Source: Isurus oxyrinchus
Lineage: Eukaryota
DNA length: 64,000 nucleotides
Assembly (NCBI GenBank): GCA_026770705.1
Contig: JANJGN010000151.1
Span: forward strand, 806,001 to 870,000
Reading direction: 5' to 3'
Shown: piece by piece, positions 14,215-27,720 of the stretch
How positions within the stretch are numbered: the stretch's first letter is position 1
How the letters are laid out: each line of letters opens with the position of its first letter
Translations under genes and position numbers: made by a program
The notes under the pieces: generated by a model
The model's input: only the letters and a program-made list of their open reading frames with translations
What the model was told of the DNA's origin: nothing
Databases searched by the model: none

Positions 14215-14635
14215 ATATGACAGATGCTAGAAATCTAAAATAAAAACCGAATGTGCTGGAAATCCTCAACAGGTCAGACAGCAGATGTCGAGTCTGTTTG
14301 TTTTCCGTCATATACTTTGCAGCCTTGGGGAAAGTGTGGAGAGGCGGGAGGTTTTGGAGGCTGATTAAAAACCGACGTTCTGTCACACGGACACTCCTCC
14401 CGTGGTCAACGGAGTCTGGAGTGGAATCTGAACACAAATCCTACAGCTCAAAAGCAGGAGGACCGCCAACTGTACCATTCGGGAGTGCAGTGGCTGTGGA
14501 GAGAAATAGAGTTAAAGTTTCCAATCGATGACCCCTGTTCTGCTGAAGGGTCATCACCATGAAACGTTCACTCTGCTTATCGCCACAGATTCTGCCTGAC
14601 CTGCAGAGTAATTCCAGAATGTTATGTTTTATTTG
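14215..14635. mobile_element. Decayed fold-back Penelope-type terminal repeats with a nested tRNA-derived SINE-like segment
   Basis: Inverted arms ~14215-14288 plus 14494-14535 versus 14537-14635; the inner 14289-14493 has minus-strand A-box TGGTACAGTTGG (14466-14477) and B-box GTTCAGATTCC (14423-14433). Confidence 0.55.
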
Positions 14636-14639
14636 CTAT

Positions 14640-15880
14640 TACACTAGACTGTGTCAGTGTTATTGAACCAACTCCATCCCATTCATATTGCAGTGGTGCT
14701 TGACTCTGTAATTGGGCATTAGGCAAAAGATTTGCTACTGAATCAACTGACGCTGTCTCACACAAACTATTATATCAGACCAACTTCGATTTTGGTGGAT
14801 CAGGTGCTGACTGTGTCATTAGCACACTGGACCCAGTGATGTATTCAGTGATGCACTGCAACCTGCTATCCTCTGTTATCATCAAACATTGCACTAATTA
14901 CACAGCTTTACCGTTTTTAATCTGTTCCCCATATCCAATCTCATTGTATAAAACGCGGTCTTTGTATTGGTTGTACGAAGAGCCTACGTCATTCAATTCT
15001 AATGCAAACCTCTCATTATTTCTGAAAACCTTGTGCCGATCAGTTTTCAATACTAACCTGATTCTGACATTGTTAACGTTGACCTGTTCCTGCTCGTGTT
15101 TCGCCATGACCTCTTTCAGTTGTTATTTTATACTAAGTATTTTTCTTATTATGATCACACAAATATCGGTTCATTCAATGTTATACCAAGTCCTCCCTCT
15201 CTCTTATTCCTGAACTAGCCAATTTCTCTGTTTATTTGACTCCTTAGGTCAAATTGTGTTATCACCTCACTAGCACATGCCTGTCTGTACCATACTAGGT
15301 ACTGTGCCTGTTATTACTTACACTAGCCGATACCTATGTTTATATTACACCAGGTCCTGTCTCTGATATCACTGCACGGGCCCATATGCCTGGTTATATA
15401 ACACCAGGCTTTGTCTCTTTTATTACTTCATTAGCGATATCTCCTTTTAGATTAAACCAGATACTGTCTCTGTTATTAATGCAGTAGTCCATATCACTGC
15501 TTATGTTACACCAGGTCCAGTGTCTGACATTACTGCACGAGCCCATATCCTTGGTTATATAACACCAGGTCTTGTCTCTGTTATTAATTCATTAGTCGAT
15601 ATCTCCTTTTAGATTAAACCAGATACTGTCTCTGTTATTAATGCAGTGGTCCATATCTCTGCTTATCTTACACCAGGTCCAGTGTCTGACATTACTGCAC
15701 GAGCCCATATCCTTGGTTATATAACACCAGATCTTGTCTCTGTTATTAATTCATTAGTCGATATCACCTTTTATATTAAACTAGATACTGTCTCTGTTAT
15801 TAATGCAGTAACCCATATCTCTGCTTATGTTACATCAAGTTCGGTCTCTGTTTATACTCGACTAGGCCCTGGTTTATTTT
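14640..15880 (+). repeat. Diverged 54-bp satellite with a 162-bp higher-order triplication
   Basis: Same 27-bp periodicity; three near-identical 162-bp blocks between ~15370 and 15850. Confidence 0.8.
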
Positions 15881-17129
15881 CGTTAAGATTACATTGAATA
15901 TACAACCTGTAGTTAAACCAATCCGTCCAAACATGATTCGAGTGGTTGTGGTGGAATTTGTGAAGATAACAGTTAAAAAAGTGGAAACAGAAATACTAAA
16001 TGTCTCTGGAGAGCAGCAGGAATTTCAATCCTTCCCATCAACAGGAATAATAAATCGGAGAATTACAGGTGTATTAGTCTCATGTGAGGTGTAGGTAAAG
16101 CTTGATTTTTGCCATCACGTGCACAAATCATCACACATTCGAGATTATCAGGAACTTCTGAGAGATATTGAGGTGATTATGTGTTAATAAACTGCTGGTT
16201 CTTCTGGATGTGATTTACTCCGCTTTCCAACTGATCACCGGAGACAGATAAAGAACCTTAGAAATGAAATCATTAGTCTGAGATCACTTTATAAACAAAT
16301 GCACACAACAGACTGGTTATCAATAAATACTTACAGTATTAAACAATCTACAATTTAAATAAATGCATAGTTTTGGATTTGAACACTATCACTGAAGGCA
16401 GGATTGGACTGAAAGTTGTCACTGGGAGAAATGAAGAGAAATTGCGAATAACATTCTCCAAAGAGTATTAGATAACATGAGATTCAAAATGAATAAGGGA
16501 CTGTCTCAGAGAGAGAGGAGAGAGAGAGAGAGAGGGTGGTGGGGGGTGGAGGGTGGGTGGTTGGGGTGGTGGGGGGCGGGAGTTAGATGGTGGGTAGAGA
16601 GAGACTGAGAGAGAGAGAAAGAAAGAAAGATTGAGAGAGAGAGGGAAGAGGTCCAGTGAGTTAGATGCTGCCTCAGGCGGAGAGAGAAGAGACATTCAAT
16701 GAGTTTGGTGATAAATATGCTCGTCTTAGTGACGAAAGTGTCAGTAGTAAATCACTTTCTAAGCAAAAGTACACAACGAAACATGATATCAATAAATATT
16801 TACAGCACTAAATCATCCAGTGACAGTTTGAGTAAAAGAAAATTAATTTTGAAACATTTGGGTAAAGTTCATCATTTATCTTTGAGAAACGGCAGTATAA
16901 GCAAGAGGCATGATTTTTTTCTATATAGCACAGATAACTGACCATACCTGATCTATAATTTCTTTGACTAAAACTAAATGAAAATAACTATCAGGTGCTG
17001 CAAAGAATGGGCCATCCAATACCACCGGTTTTAGGCCAACGCCAGAGAACAATTCCCACCTCAACATCTCTGTGTATAATATTATCTCTCCAACTCACAG
17101 TTGGAGACATTGACCACTGCAGGAATCAC

Positions 17130-20100
17130 AGAGACATGGCCTAGAACTGAGGCAGGTTTAGCGCACTAAGCACTGGGTCAATTGATATTAATCCTCTCTT
17201 GGGGCTAGAACAGTAATGATCGATCCAGCACATGGATTAATAACATCCAAGACAGGGTCTGGTGCAACAATAACTCAGACTGCCTATAGTGTAAGACAAA
17301 CAAAAACATGATCTACTGGAATAAAACAGGGACAGGGTGAGTATAGTAAAAGGAGTTGTATGGACAAGTGCAGCTGCAACTAAGACAGGGTTTACCATTG
17401 TGAGGGCCCTTAGCTTCTTCCTCGAACAGAGGCCCGAACAATCCCCATCGACTACTACTCTCCTCCGTCTGGCTGAACTTGTTCTCACGCTGAACAATTT
17501 CTCCTTCAACTCCTCTCACTTCCTCCAAATAAAAGGTGTGGCTATGGGTACCCGCATGGGCCTCAGCTATGCCTGTCTCTTTATGGGGTATGTGGAACAT
17601 TCCTTGTTGCAGTCCTACTCCGGCCCCCTTCCACAACTTTTTCTCCGGTACATCGATGATTACTTCGGTGCCACTTCATGCTCTCATTGGGACTTGAAAA
17701 AATTTATTAATTTTGCTTCCAATCTCCACCCCTCCATCATTTTCACGTGGTCCATCTCTGACACTTCCCTTCCCTTCCTTGACCGCTCTGTCTCAATCTC
17801 TGGTGATAGACTGTCCACCAATATCCATTACAAACCCACCGACTCCCACAGCTACCTCGACTACAGCTCCTCACACCCCGCTTCCTGTAAGGACTCCATC
17901 CCATTCTCCCAGTTCCTTCGCCTTCGTCGCATCTGTTCCGATGATGCTACCTTCAAAAACAGTTCCTCTGACATGTCCTCCTTCTTCCTTAACCGAGGTT
18001 TTCCACCCACGGTCGTTGACAGGGCCCTCAACCGTGTCCGGCCCATCTCCCGCGCATCCGCCCTCACGCCTTCTCCTCCCTCCCAGAAACATGATAGGGT
18101 CCCCCTTGTCCTCACTTATCACCCCACCAGCCTCCGCATTCAAAGGATCATCCTCCGCCATTTCCGCCAACTCCAGCATGATGCCACCACCAAACACATC
18201 TTCCCTTCACCCCCCTTATCGGCATTCCGTAGGGATCGCTCCCTCCGGGACACCCTGGTCCACTCCTCCATCACCCCCTACTACTCAACCTCCTCCTATG
18301 GCACCACCCCATGCCCACGCAAAAGTTGTAACACCTGCCCCTTCACTTCCTCTCTCCTCACCGTCCAAGGGCCCAAACACTCCTTTCAAGTGAAGCAGCA
18401 TTTCACTTGCATATCCCCCAACTTAGTCTACTGCATTCGTTGCTCCCAATGTGGTCTCCTCTACATTGGAGAGACCAAACGTAGACTGGGCGACCGCTTT
18501 GCAGAACACCTGTGGTCTGTCCGCAAGAATGACCCAAAGCTCCCTGTCGCTTGCCATTTTAACACTCCACCCTGCTCTCTTGCCCACATGTCTGTCCTTG
18601 GCTTGCTGCATTGTTCCAGTGAAGCCCAATGCAAACTGGAGGAACAACACCTCATCTTCCGACTAAGCACCTTATAGCCTTCCGGACTGAATATTGAATT
18701 CAATAACTTTAGGTCGTGAGCTTCCTCTCCCATCCCCACCCCCTTTCTGTTTCCCCCTTTCTTTTTTTTCAAATAAATTATATAGATTTTTCTTTTCCCA
18801 TCTATTTCCATTATTTTTAAATATTTTAAAATCTTTTATGCTCCCCCCACCCCCACTAGAGCTGTACCTTGAGTGCCCTACCATCTATTCTTAATTAGCA
18901 CATTCGTTTAGATAATATCACCAACTTTAACTTTAACACCTATGTTGTTGTTGACATCTTTTGATGATCTGCTTCTATCACTGCTTGTTTGTCCATACAA
19001 CCACCTCTCTCTCTCTCTCTCTCTATCTCTCCGCCCCCCACACACACACCTTAAACCAGCTTATATTTCAACTTTTTCTTGGACTCAAACTCAAGTTCTG
19101 TCAAAGGGTCATGAGGACTCGAAACGTCAACTCTTTTCTTCTCTGCCGATGCTGCCAGACCTGCTGAGTTTTTCCAGGTAATTCTGTTTTTTGTTTTGGA
19201 TTTCCAGCATCCGCAGTTTTTTTGTTTTATTTACCGTTGTATATACAGACACTGGGCCCAGAGCAGCAATAACTGAGGGTTTTCCACATGTAATACAACC
19301 AGAGCCATGGCCGAATTCAGGGACAGCTGAAACGAGGCCGAGCACTGAAATAACTGAGGCAGGAACTGGTGTCATATTATTATAGACATAATCAATTTCA
19401 ATACAAACAAAGTCAAGGTCTGGGGCAGTAATAGTGAGACAGGGCCGAGTGCACCAATTATTGATACAGCATCCACAGTGATACAAATGAATAGAACTTA
19501 TTGAGAAGGATTTAGTGCAGTAATATCAGACTTGGCCTTGTGTAGTACAAACAGAGACATGGTCTACACAGAAATAACATTGACAGGGCGTATTTTAATA
19601 TAAATAGAGGCAATGTCTCGTGTAATATAAATGGAGTCAGGGTCTCATGTAATATAAACTGAGACAGGGTCTAGTGTGATATAGACTGATACGAGATCTA
19701 ATTTAATATAAACTGAGACAGGGTCTAATGTAATGAAAACAAAGATGTGCTCTAGTGTAATATTAACCGAGACGGGCTCCAGTGTAATATTATCTGAGAC
19801 GGGGTCTAATGTAATATAAACTGAGACAGGGTCGAGTGCGATATATACTGAGATAGGGTCTAACAGAATATAAGCAAAAAGGTGATCTAGGCTAATATAA
19901 ACAGAGGCATGATGCAGTGGAGTAAAAAAGTGAGGGTGTGCCGAATGCAGTAATAATTGAGACAGTGTCTTGTGTAATATGAACAACGACATGGTCTAGT
20001 TCAGTAATGACTGGGGCAGGATCTAGTGAAAGGAAACTGACTTGGGGTCTACTGCAGCTTCACCTGGTACAGGAACTTGTCTAATATAAACTGAGACAGA

Positions 20101-20566
20101 GCCTAGTACAATAACTACCAACACAAGGCCTGGATTAATATAAACAGAGATGTGGGCAAGTGCAGCAATAAGAGAGAAGCAATAACAACAGTGACAGGGC
20201 TTTGTGTGATATTAGCAGAGACATAGACTGGTGCAGCTTTAGCCAAGGCAAAACCTAGTTTAGTATAAATGTGGCAGATTCAATAGTGCCAGAACAGAAA
20301 CACAGCCTCCTGTTATGTAAACAGCAACATGTTCTGGTTTCGTATAATTAGAGACAATTACCAGTGCAGTAACAACTGAGACATGGACTATTGTCATATT
20401 AGCCAAGACATGGTTTAGTGAAGTGATAACTGAATGTATAGTATAACATGGTCTTTGTTCTGTATATTGACTGAGATTGACCTATTATAGAAACAACTGA
20501 GACATAACCTGTTGTAATGTGATCAGCGACATCACTGAGTGTAAGATATACAGTGAAAGGTATATA
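17130..20566 (-). repeat. Diverged 54-bp satellite in reverse orientation (split by Penelope insertion; resumes ~24580-24660)
   Basis: TAATATAAACTGAGACAGGGTCTAGTG is the reverse complement of the left-hand satellite unit. Confidence 0.85.
17402..19229 (+). mobile_element. Young 5'-truncated Penelope-like retroelement
   Basis: RT (GVAMGT, RYIDD) and GIY-YIG (NLVYCIRC..LYIGETKR); nearly identical to 22771-24578; premature TAG at 18675-18677; direct repeat TTTACCRTTGT at 17391-17401 and 19230-19240. Confidence 0.93.
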
Positions 20567-21205
20567 GAAGCCCAACGCAAACTGGAGGAACAACACCTCA
20601 TCTTCCGACTAGGCACCTTACAGCCTTCCGGTCTGAATATTGAGTTCAACAACTTTAGGTCGTGAGCTCCCTCCCCCATCCTCACCCCCTTTCTGTTTCC
20701 CCCTTTTTCCTTTTTTTTTTCATTGTTCCAGTGAAGCCCAACGCAAACTGGAGGAACAACACCTCATCTTCCGACTAGGCACCTTACAGCCTTCCGGTCT
20801 GAATACTGAGTTCAACAACTTTAGGTCGTGAGCTCCCTCCCCCATCCTCACCCCCTTTCTGTTTCCCCCTTTTTCCTTTTTTTTCCCTATAAATTATATA
20901 GATTTTTCTTTTCCCACCTATTTCCATTATTTTTAAATATTTTAAAATCTTTTATGCTCCCCCCACCCCCACTAGAGCTATACCTTGAGTGCCCTACCAT
21001 CCATTCTTAATTAGCACATTCGTTTAGATAATATCACCAACTTTAACTCCTATGTGTTCTTTTGTACCATTGTCGCTGACATCTTATGATCTGCTTCTAT
21101 CACTGCTTGTTTGTCTGCACAACCACCTCTCTCTCTATCTCTCCGCCCCCCACACACACACCTTAAACCAGCTTATATTTCAACTCTTTCTTGGACTCGA
21201 AATCA

Positions 21206-21244
21206 AGTTCCGTCGAAGGGTCATGAGGACTCGAAACGTCAACT
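21206..21244 (+). ncRNA. Minimal type I hammerhead-like motif in the 5' pseudo-LTR (variant core)
   Basis: AGTT-CCGTCGA-A-GGGTC atgag GACTC-GAAA-CG-TC-AACT; the core departs from CUGANGA at two positions. Confidence 0.45.
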
Positions 21245-21379
21245 CTTTTCTTCTCCGCCGATGCTGCCAGACCTGCTGAGTTTTTCCAGGTAATTCTGTT
21301 TTTGTTTTGGATTTCCAGCATCCGCAGTTTTTTTTGTTTTTATCTCTGTGTTTAATTGACTGCCACTGCTCTTCAAGAA

Positions 21380-24089
21380 ATGCCTACCTCCTTGAAGAAG
21401 TTCTGTTCCTCTCTGCGACAAGATTTCCGTATCTCTCTGTTGCCTTGTTCACCTTCTTTGCTTTCCATTTCCCTCCTGGTGTTTGACAAGGTGTTTACTA
21501 AAACCCGCTTTCACAGCCATATCTCCTTTCTCAGTGACTGTCTCCGTCTCTGACTTACCCCAGGATTACTGGTATCTCCGGGACATAAAACGTTTCTCAG
21601 ACTGCTGTTCCCGTCAGATTCTGAAATCCACACTCAGTGCCATGCGCCGCCATGTGAACACACTCGACCTCTCCCTCCAGCAGCACCGCCGTACCCTTTT
21701 TCAAAGCTGCGCGTGCCCCCAGTTTCATTTTATCCTTCGGCTCATCCGACGCCTCAACAAGAAACTTTTTCTCTTTCTCTCAACTGCTAAGGAACGCAAG
21801 CTCCAACAACTCATCGACACCAACACCCATCTAGGACCCTCCACCCCAGCCTGTCCCTCCGTCCCCACCCCATCTTCCAATCCCAGCCCCAGCCGTGTAT
21901 TCACTATACCCCCTGACCTTCCCCTCTCCGATGCTGAATGTTCAGTGCTCAGCAAAGGACTTAGTTTCATACCCTTACGCCCTCACCTCAATGAATTTCG
22001 GGCTCGGCATGATACTGAACTCTTCTTTCGCCGTCTTCGTCTCCGGGCTCACTTCTTCAGGCAGGAGTCCTCTCCCAGTTCAACGGATCCTTTTACCCAT
22101 CTCCAATATTCTCCCTCCATCTGGACCCCTCCCTCTGGATTCTTACCTTCTCTTGATCTTTTCATTGAGAACTGTCGGCACGACATTAGTCGTCTCAATT
22201 TCTCTGCTCCTCTCACTCATTCTAACCTGTCTCTCTCTGAACTTACTGCACTCCATTCTCTCAGGTCCAACCCTGACATTGTCATCAAACCCGCTGACAA
22301 GGGTGGTGCTGTTGTTGTCTGGCGCACTGACCTCTACCTCGTGGAGGCTGAGCGTCAACTCGCAGACACTTCCTCCTACCTCTCCCTGGACCATGACCCC
22401 ACCACTGAATATCAAGCCATTGTTTCCAGGACTGTCACTGACCTCATCTCCTCTGGGGATCTCCCTCCCACAGCTTCCAACCTGATAGTCGCCCAACCTC
22501 GGACGGCCCGCTTCTATCTCCTACCCAAAATCCACAAACAGAACTGCCCCGGTAGACCGATCGTCTCAGCTTGCTCCTGCCCCACAGAACTCATCTCTCG
22601 TTATCTTGACTCCCTTCTCTCTCCCCTTGTCCAGTCCCTTCCCTCCTACATCCGTGATTCCTCTGACACCTTACGTCACATCAACAATTTCCAGTTCCCT
22701 GGCTCCAACCGCTTCCTCTTCACCATGGACGTCCAATCCCTCTACACCTCCATCCCCCACCAGGATGGTCTGAGGGCCCTTCGCTTCTTCCTCGAACAAA
22801 GGCCCGAACAATCCCCATCCACCACTACTCTCCTCCATCTGGCTGAACTTGTTCTCACGTTGAACAATTTCTCCTTCAACTCCTCTCACTTTCTCCAAAT
22901 AAAAGGTGTGGCTATGGGTACCCGCATGGGCCCCAGCTATGCCTGTCTCTTTATGGGGTATGTGGAACATTCCTTGTTCCAGTCCTACTCCGGCCCCCTT
23001 CCACAACTTTTTCTCCGGTACATCGATGATTACTTCGGTGCCGCTTCATGCTCTCGTCGGGACTTGGAAAAATTTATTAATTTTGCTTCCAATCTCCACC
23101 CCTCCATCATTTTCACGTGGTCCATCTCTGACACTTCCCTTCCCTTCCTTGACCTCTCTGTCTCAATCTCTGGTGATAGACTGTCCACCAATATCCATTA
23201 CATACCCACCGACTCCCACAGCTACCTCGACTACAGCTCCTCACACCCCGCTTCCTGTAAGGACTCCATCCCATTCTCCCAGTTCCTTCGCCTTCATCGT
23301 ATCTGTTCCGATGATGCTACCTTCAAAAACGGTTCCTCTGACATGTCCTCCTTCTTCCTTAACCGAGGTTTTCCACCCACAGTCGTTGACAGGGCCCTCA
23401 ACCGTGTCCGGCCCATCTCCCGCGCATCCGCCCTCACGCCTTCTCCTCCCTCCCAGAAACATGATAGGGTCCCCCTTGTCCTCACTTATCACCCCACCAG
23501 CCTCCGCATTCAAAGGATCATCCTCCGCCATTTCCGCCAACTCCAGCATGATGTCACCGCCAAACACATCTTCCCTTCACCCCCCTTATCGGCATTCCGT
23601 AGGGATCGCTTCCTCCGGGACACCCTGGTCCACTCGTCCATCGTCCCCTGCTCCTCAACCCCCTCCTATGGCACCACCCCATGCCCACGCAAAAGATGTA
23701 ACACCTGCCCCTTCACTTCCTCTCTCCTCACCGTCCAAGGGCCCAAACACTCCTTTCAAGTGAAGCAGCATTTCACTTGCATTTCTCCCAACTTAGTCTA
23801 CTGCATTCGTTGCTCCCAATGTGGTCTCCTCTACATTGGAGAGACCAAACGTAAACTGGGCGACCGCTTTGCAGAACACCTGTGGTCTGTCCGCAAGAAT
23901 GACCCAAAGCTCCCTGTCGCTTGCCATTTTAACGCTCCACCCTGCTCTCTTGCCCACATGTCTGTCCTTGGCTTGCTGCATTGTTCCAGTGAAGCCCAAC
24001 GCAAACTGGAGGAACAACACCTCATCTTCCGACTAAGCACCTTACAGCCTTCCGGACTGAATATTGAGTTCAACAACTTTAGGTCGTGA
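21380..24089 (+). pseudogene. Penelope-like RT/GIY-YIG endonuclease ORF, disrupted near the N-terminus
   Basis: ATG at 21380, TGA at 21551-21553 and a frame change; then an uninterrupted frame with KPADKGG, YLLPKIHK, MDVQSLYT, GVAMGT, RYIDD, LPFLD, YIGETKR to 24089. Confidence 0.85.
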
Positions 24090-24478
24090 GCTCCCTCCCC
24101 CATTCTCACCCCCTTTCTGTTTCCCCCTTTTTCCTTTTTTTCTCCCCTATAAATTATATAGATTTTTCTTTTCCCACCTATTTCCATTATTTTTAAATAT
24201 TTTAAAATCTTTTATGCTCCCCCCACCCCCACTAGAGCTGTACCTTGAGTGCCCTACCATCTATTCTTAATTAGCACATTCGTTTAGATAATATCACCAA
24301 CTTTAACTTTAACACCTATGTGTTCTTTTGTACCATTGTCGCTGACATCTTTTGATGATCTGCTTCTATCACTGCTTGTTTGTCTACACAACCACCGCTC
24401 TCTCTCTCTATCTCTCCGCCCCCCACACACACACCTTAAACCAGCTTATATTTCAACTCTTTCTTGGACTCGAAATCA

Positions 24479-24517
24479 AGTTCTGTCGAAGGGTCATGAG
24501 GACTCGAAACGTCAACT
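24479..24517 (+). ncRNA. Minimal type I hammerhead-like motif in the 3' pseudo-LTR (variant core)
   Basis: AGTT-CTGTCGA-A-GGGTC atgag GACTC-GAAA-CG-TC-AACT: helix I AGTT/AACT, helix II, palindromic ACGT helix III. Confidence 0.55.
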
Positions 24518-24754
24518 CTTTTCTTCTCTGCCGATGCTGCCAGACCTGCTGAGTTTTTCCTGGTAATTCTGTTTTTGTGTTATATATTTAATATGTTTAA
24601 TATGAACAGGGAAAGGGTTCAGTGCAGAAATGATTGAGACAGCCTTTTGTTTCATATAATGTCAGTATTCACTGTTTCATTGCCATCTACTGGACGGACG
24701 CTACTATTGCAGATGTTGTGAAAATGTCGATTTTCGTTGCTGCTTCCGATATTA

Positions 24755-26005
24755 ATGATAGAATCATAGAATTCTTACAGCGCAGGAGGATGCCATTCGG
24801 CCACTGCTGTCCGTGCTAACCCTCTGAAGGGGTAATTGACCTTGCGCCACAGCCTTCCCCGTGGTCCAGCATCTTTTTTCTTCAGATAAGGATCCAGTTT
24901 CATTTGGAAAGCATCAATTGTCCCTCAATCCACCACACTGTCAGGCAGTGCATTCCAGATCCTAACCACTCACTGCGTGAAATGTTTTTCCTCTTGTCTC
25001 TGTTGCTTCTTCTCCAGATTACTTTAAACCTGAACCGTATGGTTCTCAGTCCTTCCACCAATGGGAACAATTTCTCCGTATCTACTCTGCAGAGTCCCTT
25101 CATGATTTTTAATACCTGCATCAAATCTCCTCTAAACATTCTCTCCTCAAACGAGATTAAAGCCAACTGCTCCACTCTTTATACATAACTGGAGTTCGTC
25201 ATCCCAGGAACAATTTGCTGTGCCCTCTCTCATGCCTTCAAATTCTTCCAAAAGTGTAGTGCCCGCAGTTGGATGCAATTCTCCAGTTGAGGCCTAACCA
25301 GTGTGCCACACACGTTTAACATAACCTCTTTGCTTTTAGACGCTTTTCCTCTGTTAATAAAGCTCAGGATGCTGCATGCTTTATTAATCGCGCTCTTTCA
25401 TCTTGTCCTGCCACCCTCAATAATTTATACACATTAACACCCTGGTCACTCGGCTCCTGCAGCCCCTTTGGAAACATACCCTTTCTTTTATACTGTCTAT
25501 CTGAGTTCTTTCTACCAAAATTTCATCTGTCACTCGTCCCCCCTTTCCACCAACCTCTCGATGTCTTTTTGAAGTTCTACACTATCGTCCTCATGGCCCG
25601 CAATGCTTCCACATTTCGCATCGTCCGTATATTTTGACATTGTGCCCTGTACACCAAGGCCCAGTTTATGAATAGATATTATGAAAGGTAGGCGTTGTCG
25701 CACTGACCCTTGGGGAGCTTCATTATAATCCTCCCCCGAGTCCGAAAAACAAACGTTCAAAACTACTCTTTGTTTCCTGGCACGCAGCCAGTTCCCAATC
25801 CATGATGTTACCGTTCATTTTATTCCAGTGAGCTCCAACTTTGCTCACAGGTCTGTTGTGCGGCATTTCATCAAATGTCTTTCGGAGACCATGTAATCCA
25901 CGTCAAAAGCATTACCCTCATCAACCATCGCTGCCGTGTCATCAAAAAAGTCAAACAAGTTAGTTAAACATGATTTTCCCTTAACAGATCCATGCTGGCT
26001 TATTG
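24755..26005 (-). mobile_element. Decayed CR1 LINE 3' fragment
   Basis: PQGSV, YTDDAK, FRGDLMQVLKIMKG motifs on the minus strand. Confidence 0.85.
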
Positions 26006-27299
26006 TATCAAAAAACTACTTCTACTGAAGTATTGGCTCATTACCTCCTGTGCGAACTCCCAATACTTATGGTTGCAACTGTGGCAGATTAACGTGGCTG
26101 ATTTGCGCACTTTAAGCTCACAAGAAGAGCAAAGTGTCTCAATTCCTATTGATTAATTCTTGACGATCTTGTTTCAACCGAAGAATGTGGACCAAGGCGC
26201 ACATTGTGGGAATGATAAGAGCTTTAATGGCCAACTCAATCGATGTGAAGTGGCGAGAGATTTTTTCTTCATGGAACCACCTGAAATGTGGTGGCGGTGA
26301 TTTTCTCCGATTCTTCAGGTGCTCCAGAGCCTCCGAGGTAGGAAAGATGGGATCTTAAGTTGAAATGTGTGTGTGTGAGCGAACGCATCAGATTTACTGA
26401 TAAGTGGAATCCTCAAAGATAAATGACCAATTGTACCTATTATATTCCAGATTTTATTTTATTGAAAATGAATTTGCTGTTCGTTTAATGTGTTTAACTT
26501 TGATTGAGAAGACATTGAGCATTCCCTCACCAAGGAATACCTCTGTTCCTAGAGTTCTGTTGGAAAATGGACTAAGTTATTCCAAGGACGGTGAGCATAT
26601 ACCCACCAGCCTCTGCGTTTCATTGTTAAGTGCTTCGCTCAGCATTAAATAGAAACTTCTGACATAAACGTTGAGAGTGTTGTAAGTTGTGCAAGTGACA
26701 CTACCTATATCTGACCTAAATTTACTCAGTTTTAAAATCCCGATTTATTATTTCCCTCGCTTGGAAAGGAATGAAGCACTTGCTGCTTTCCAGCAAGTTT
26801 CACACTATTTCTGTTGTCACGTTATTCCTTCTTACCCCACTACATTCATCATTCGCCCCAATGTCTTCCAAACACTCGGGTATGATGTAGTGAAATAATA
26901 GTTAAAAACAGTTTTACGTAATATAAAAGGCCCCATGCTGCAGAGCAATATAAGTGGGACAACTGGACAGAGTTTGATCCATTATCAACGAAGATAATGA
27001 TCTCCAATGGACATAAATTGCTGGGCTATGGGGAAACAGCATGGGTGGTGGTGTGGGTGGGGGGGTAGATGAGTTGGGGGTTGGGGAGGTTGCTGGATGG
27101 GTGGTGGGGGTGGTGAGAGTTCATGAGATAAATTCGATAGTTTTTAAAAATGCTGGCACAATCCTGAGGAGCTGAATGACCTCCTTCCCAGCCGGGAGCA
27201 CGGGTTCATTCTCGAAGTCTATGGATAATTGGCTCAATCCAACACTTTTCAATTTGCACCTACACTTCCTAAAAAGGAAAAGGAAAAAAAAAGTATATA

Positions 27300-27720
27300 T
27301 ATATATTACAGCGCCTTTCACGATCACCGGAAGTCTCCGAGTGTTTTACAACCAAAAATGCATTTATGATGTGTATTCACAGTTGTAATGTAGGACACAC
27401 CGCAGCCTGTTTGAGCACAGCAAGCTCCCACAAACCGCAACATGATAATGACCAGGTAATCTGCGCCTCTGCGTATTTTTAAATGTTTATTGACTGATAA
27501 ATGCTTGCTAAGGCACCGGGGATAACTCCACTGCACTTCCAGATGGAATAGTACCATGGAATCTTTCACATCTCCTGAGAGGGCAGACGGCCCCCAGTTT
27601 AATGTCAGAGGGGAAAGTGCTGCCAACTGAGACACAGCTGACAACCAAAGTCCCTTGTGAATGAATATGACATAAATAAGTATAAATCCAGGCATCCAAT
27701 GGCTCAACTTTATCCATAGG
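27300..27720 (-). mobile_element. Old SINE (Deu-domain-like); related copy at ~58760-59110
   Basis: Minus strand CCGTCTGCCCTCTCAGG..GATTCCATGGTACTATT..GGAGTTATCCCCGGTG, ending GTGAAAGGCGCTG; similarity judged from memory. Confidence 0.6.

Larger units (their letters stand above)
20567..24578 (+). mobile_element. Near full-length Penelope-like retroelement with pseudo-LTRs
   Basis: ORF 3' end + 3' UTR (23979-24578) is duplicated upstream at 20721-21305, with an extra partial copy at 20567-20720; long ORF between. Confidence 0.95.

Noticed and set aside
17337-17401. N-terminus of the 446-aa ORF as a real start
   Set aside because: It is satellite sequence read into a 5'-truncated Penelope element.
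17713-23763. Pro/Ser-rich and antisense ORFs overlapping the Penelope elements
   Set aside because: Alternate-frame by-products of C-rich coding sequence.
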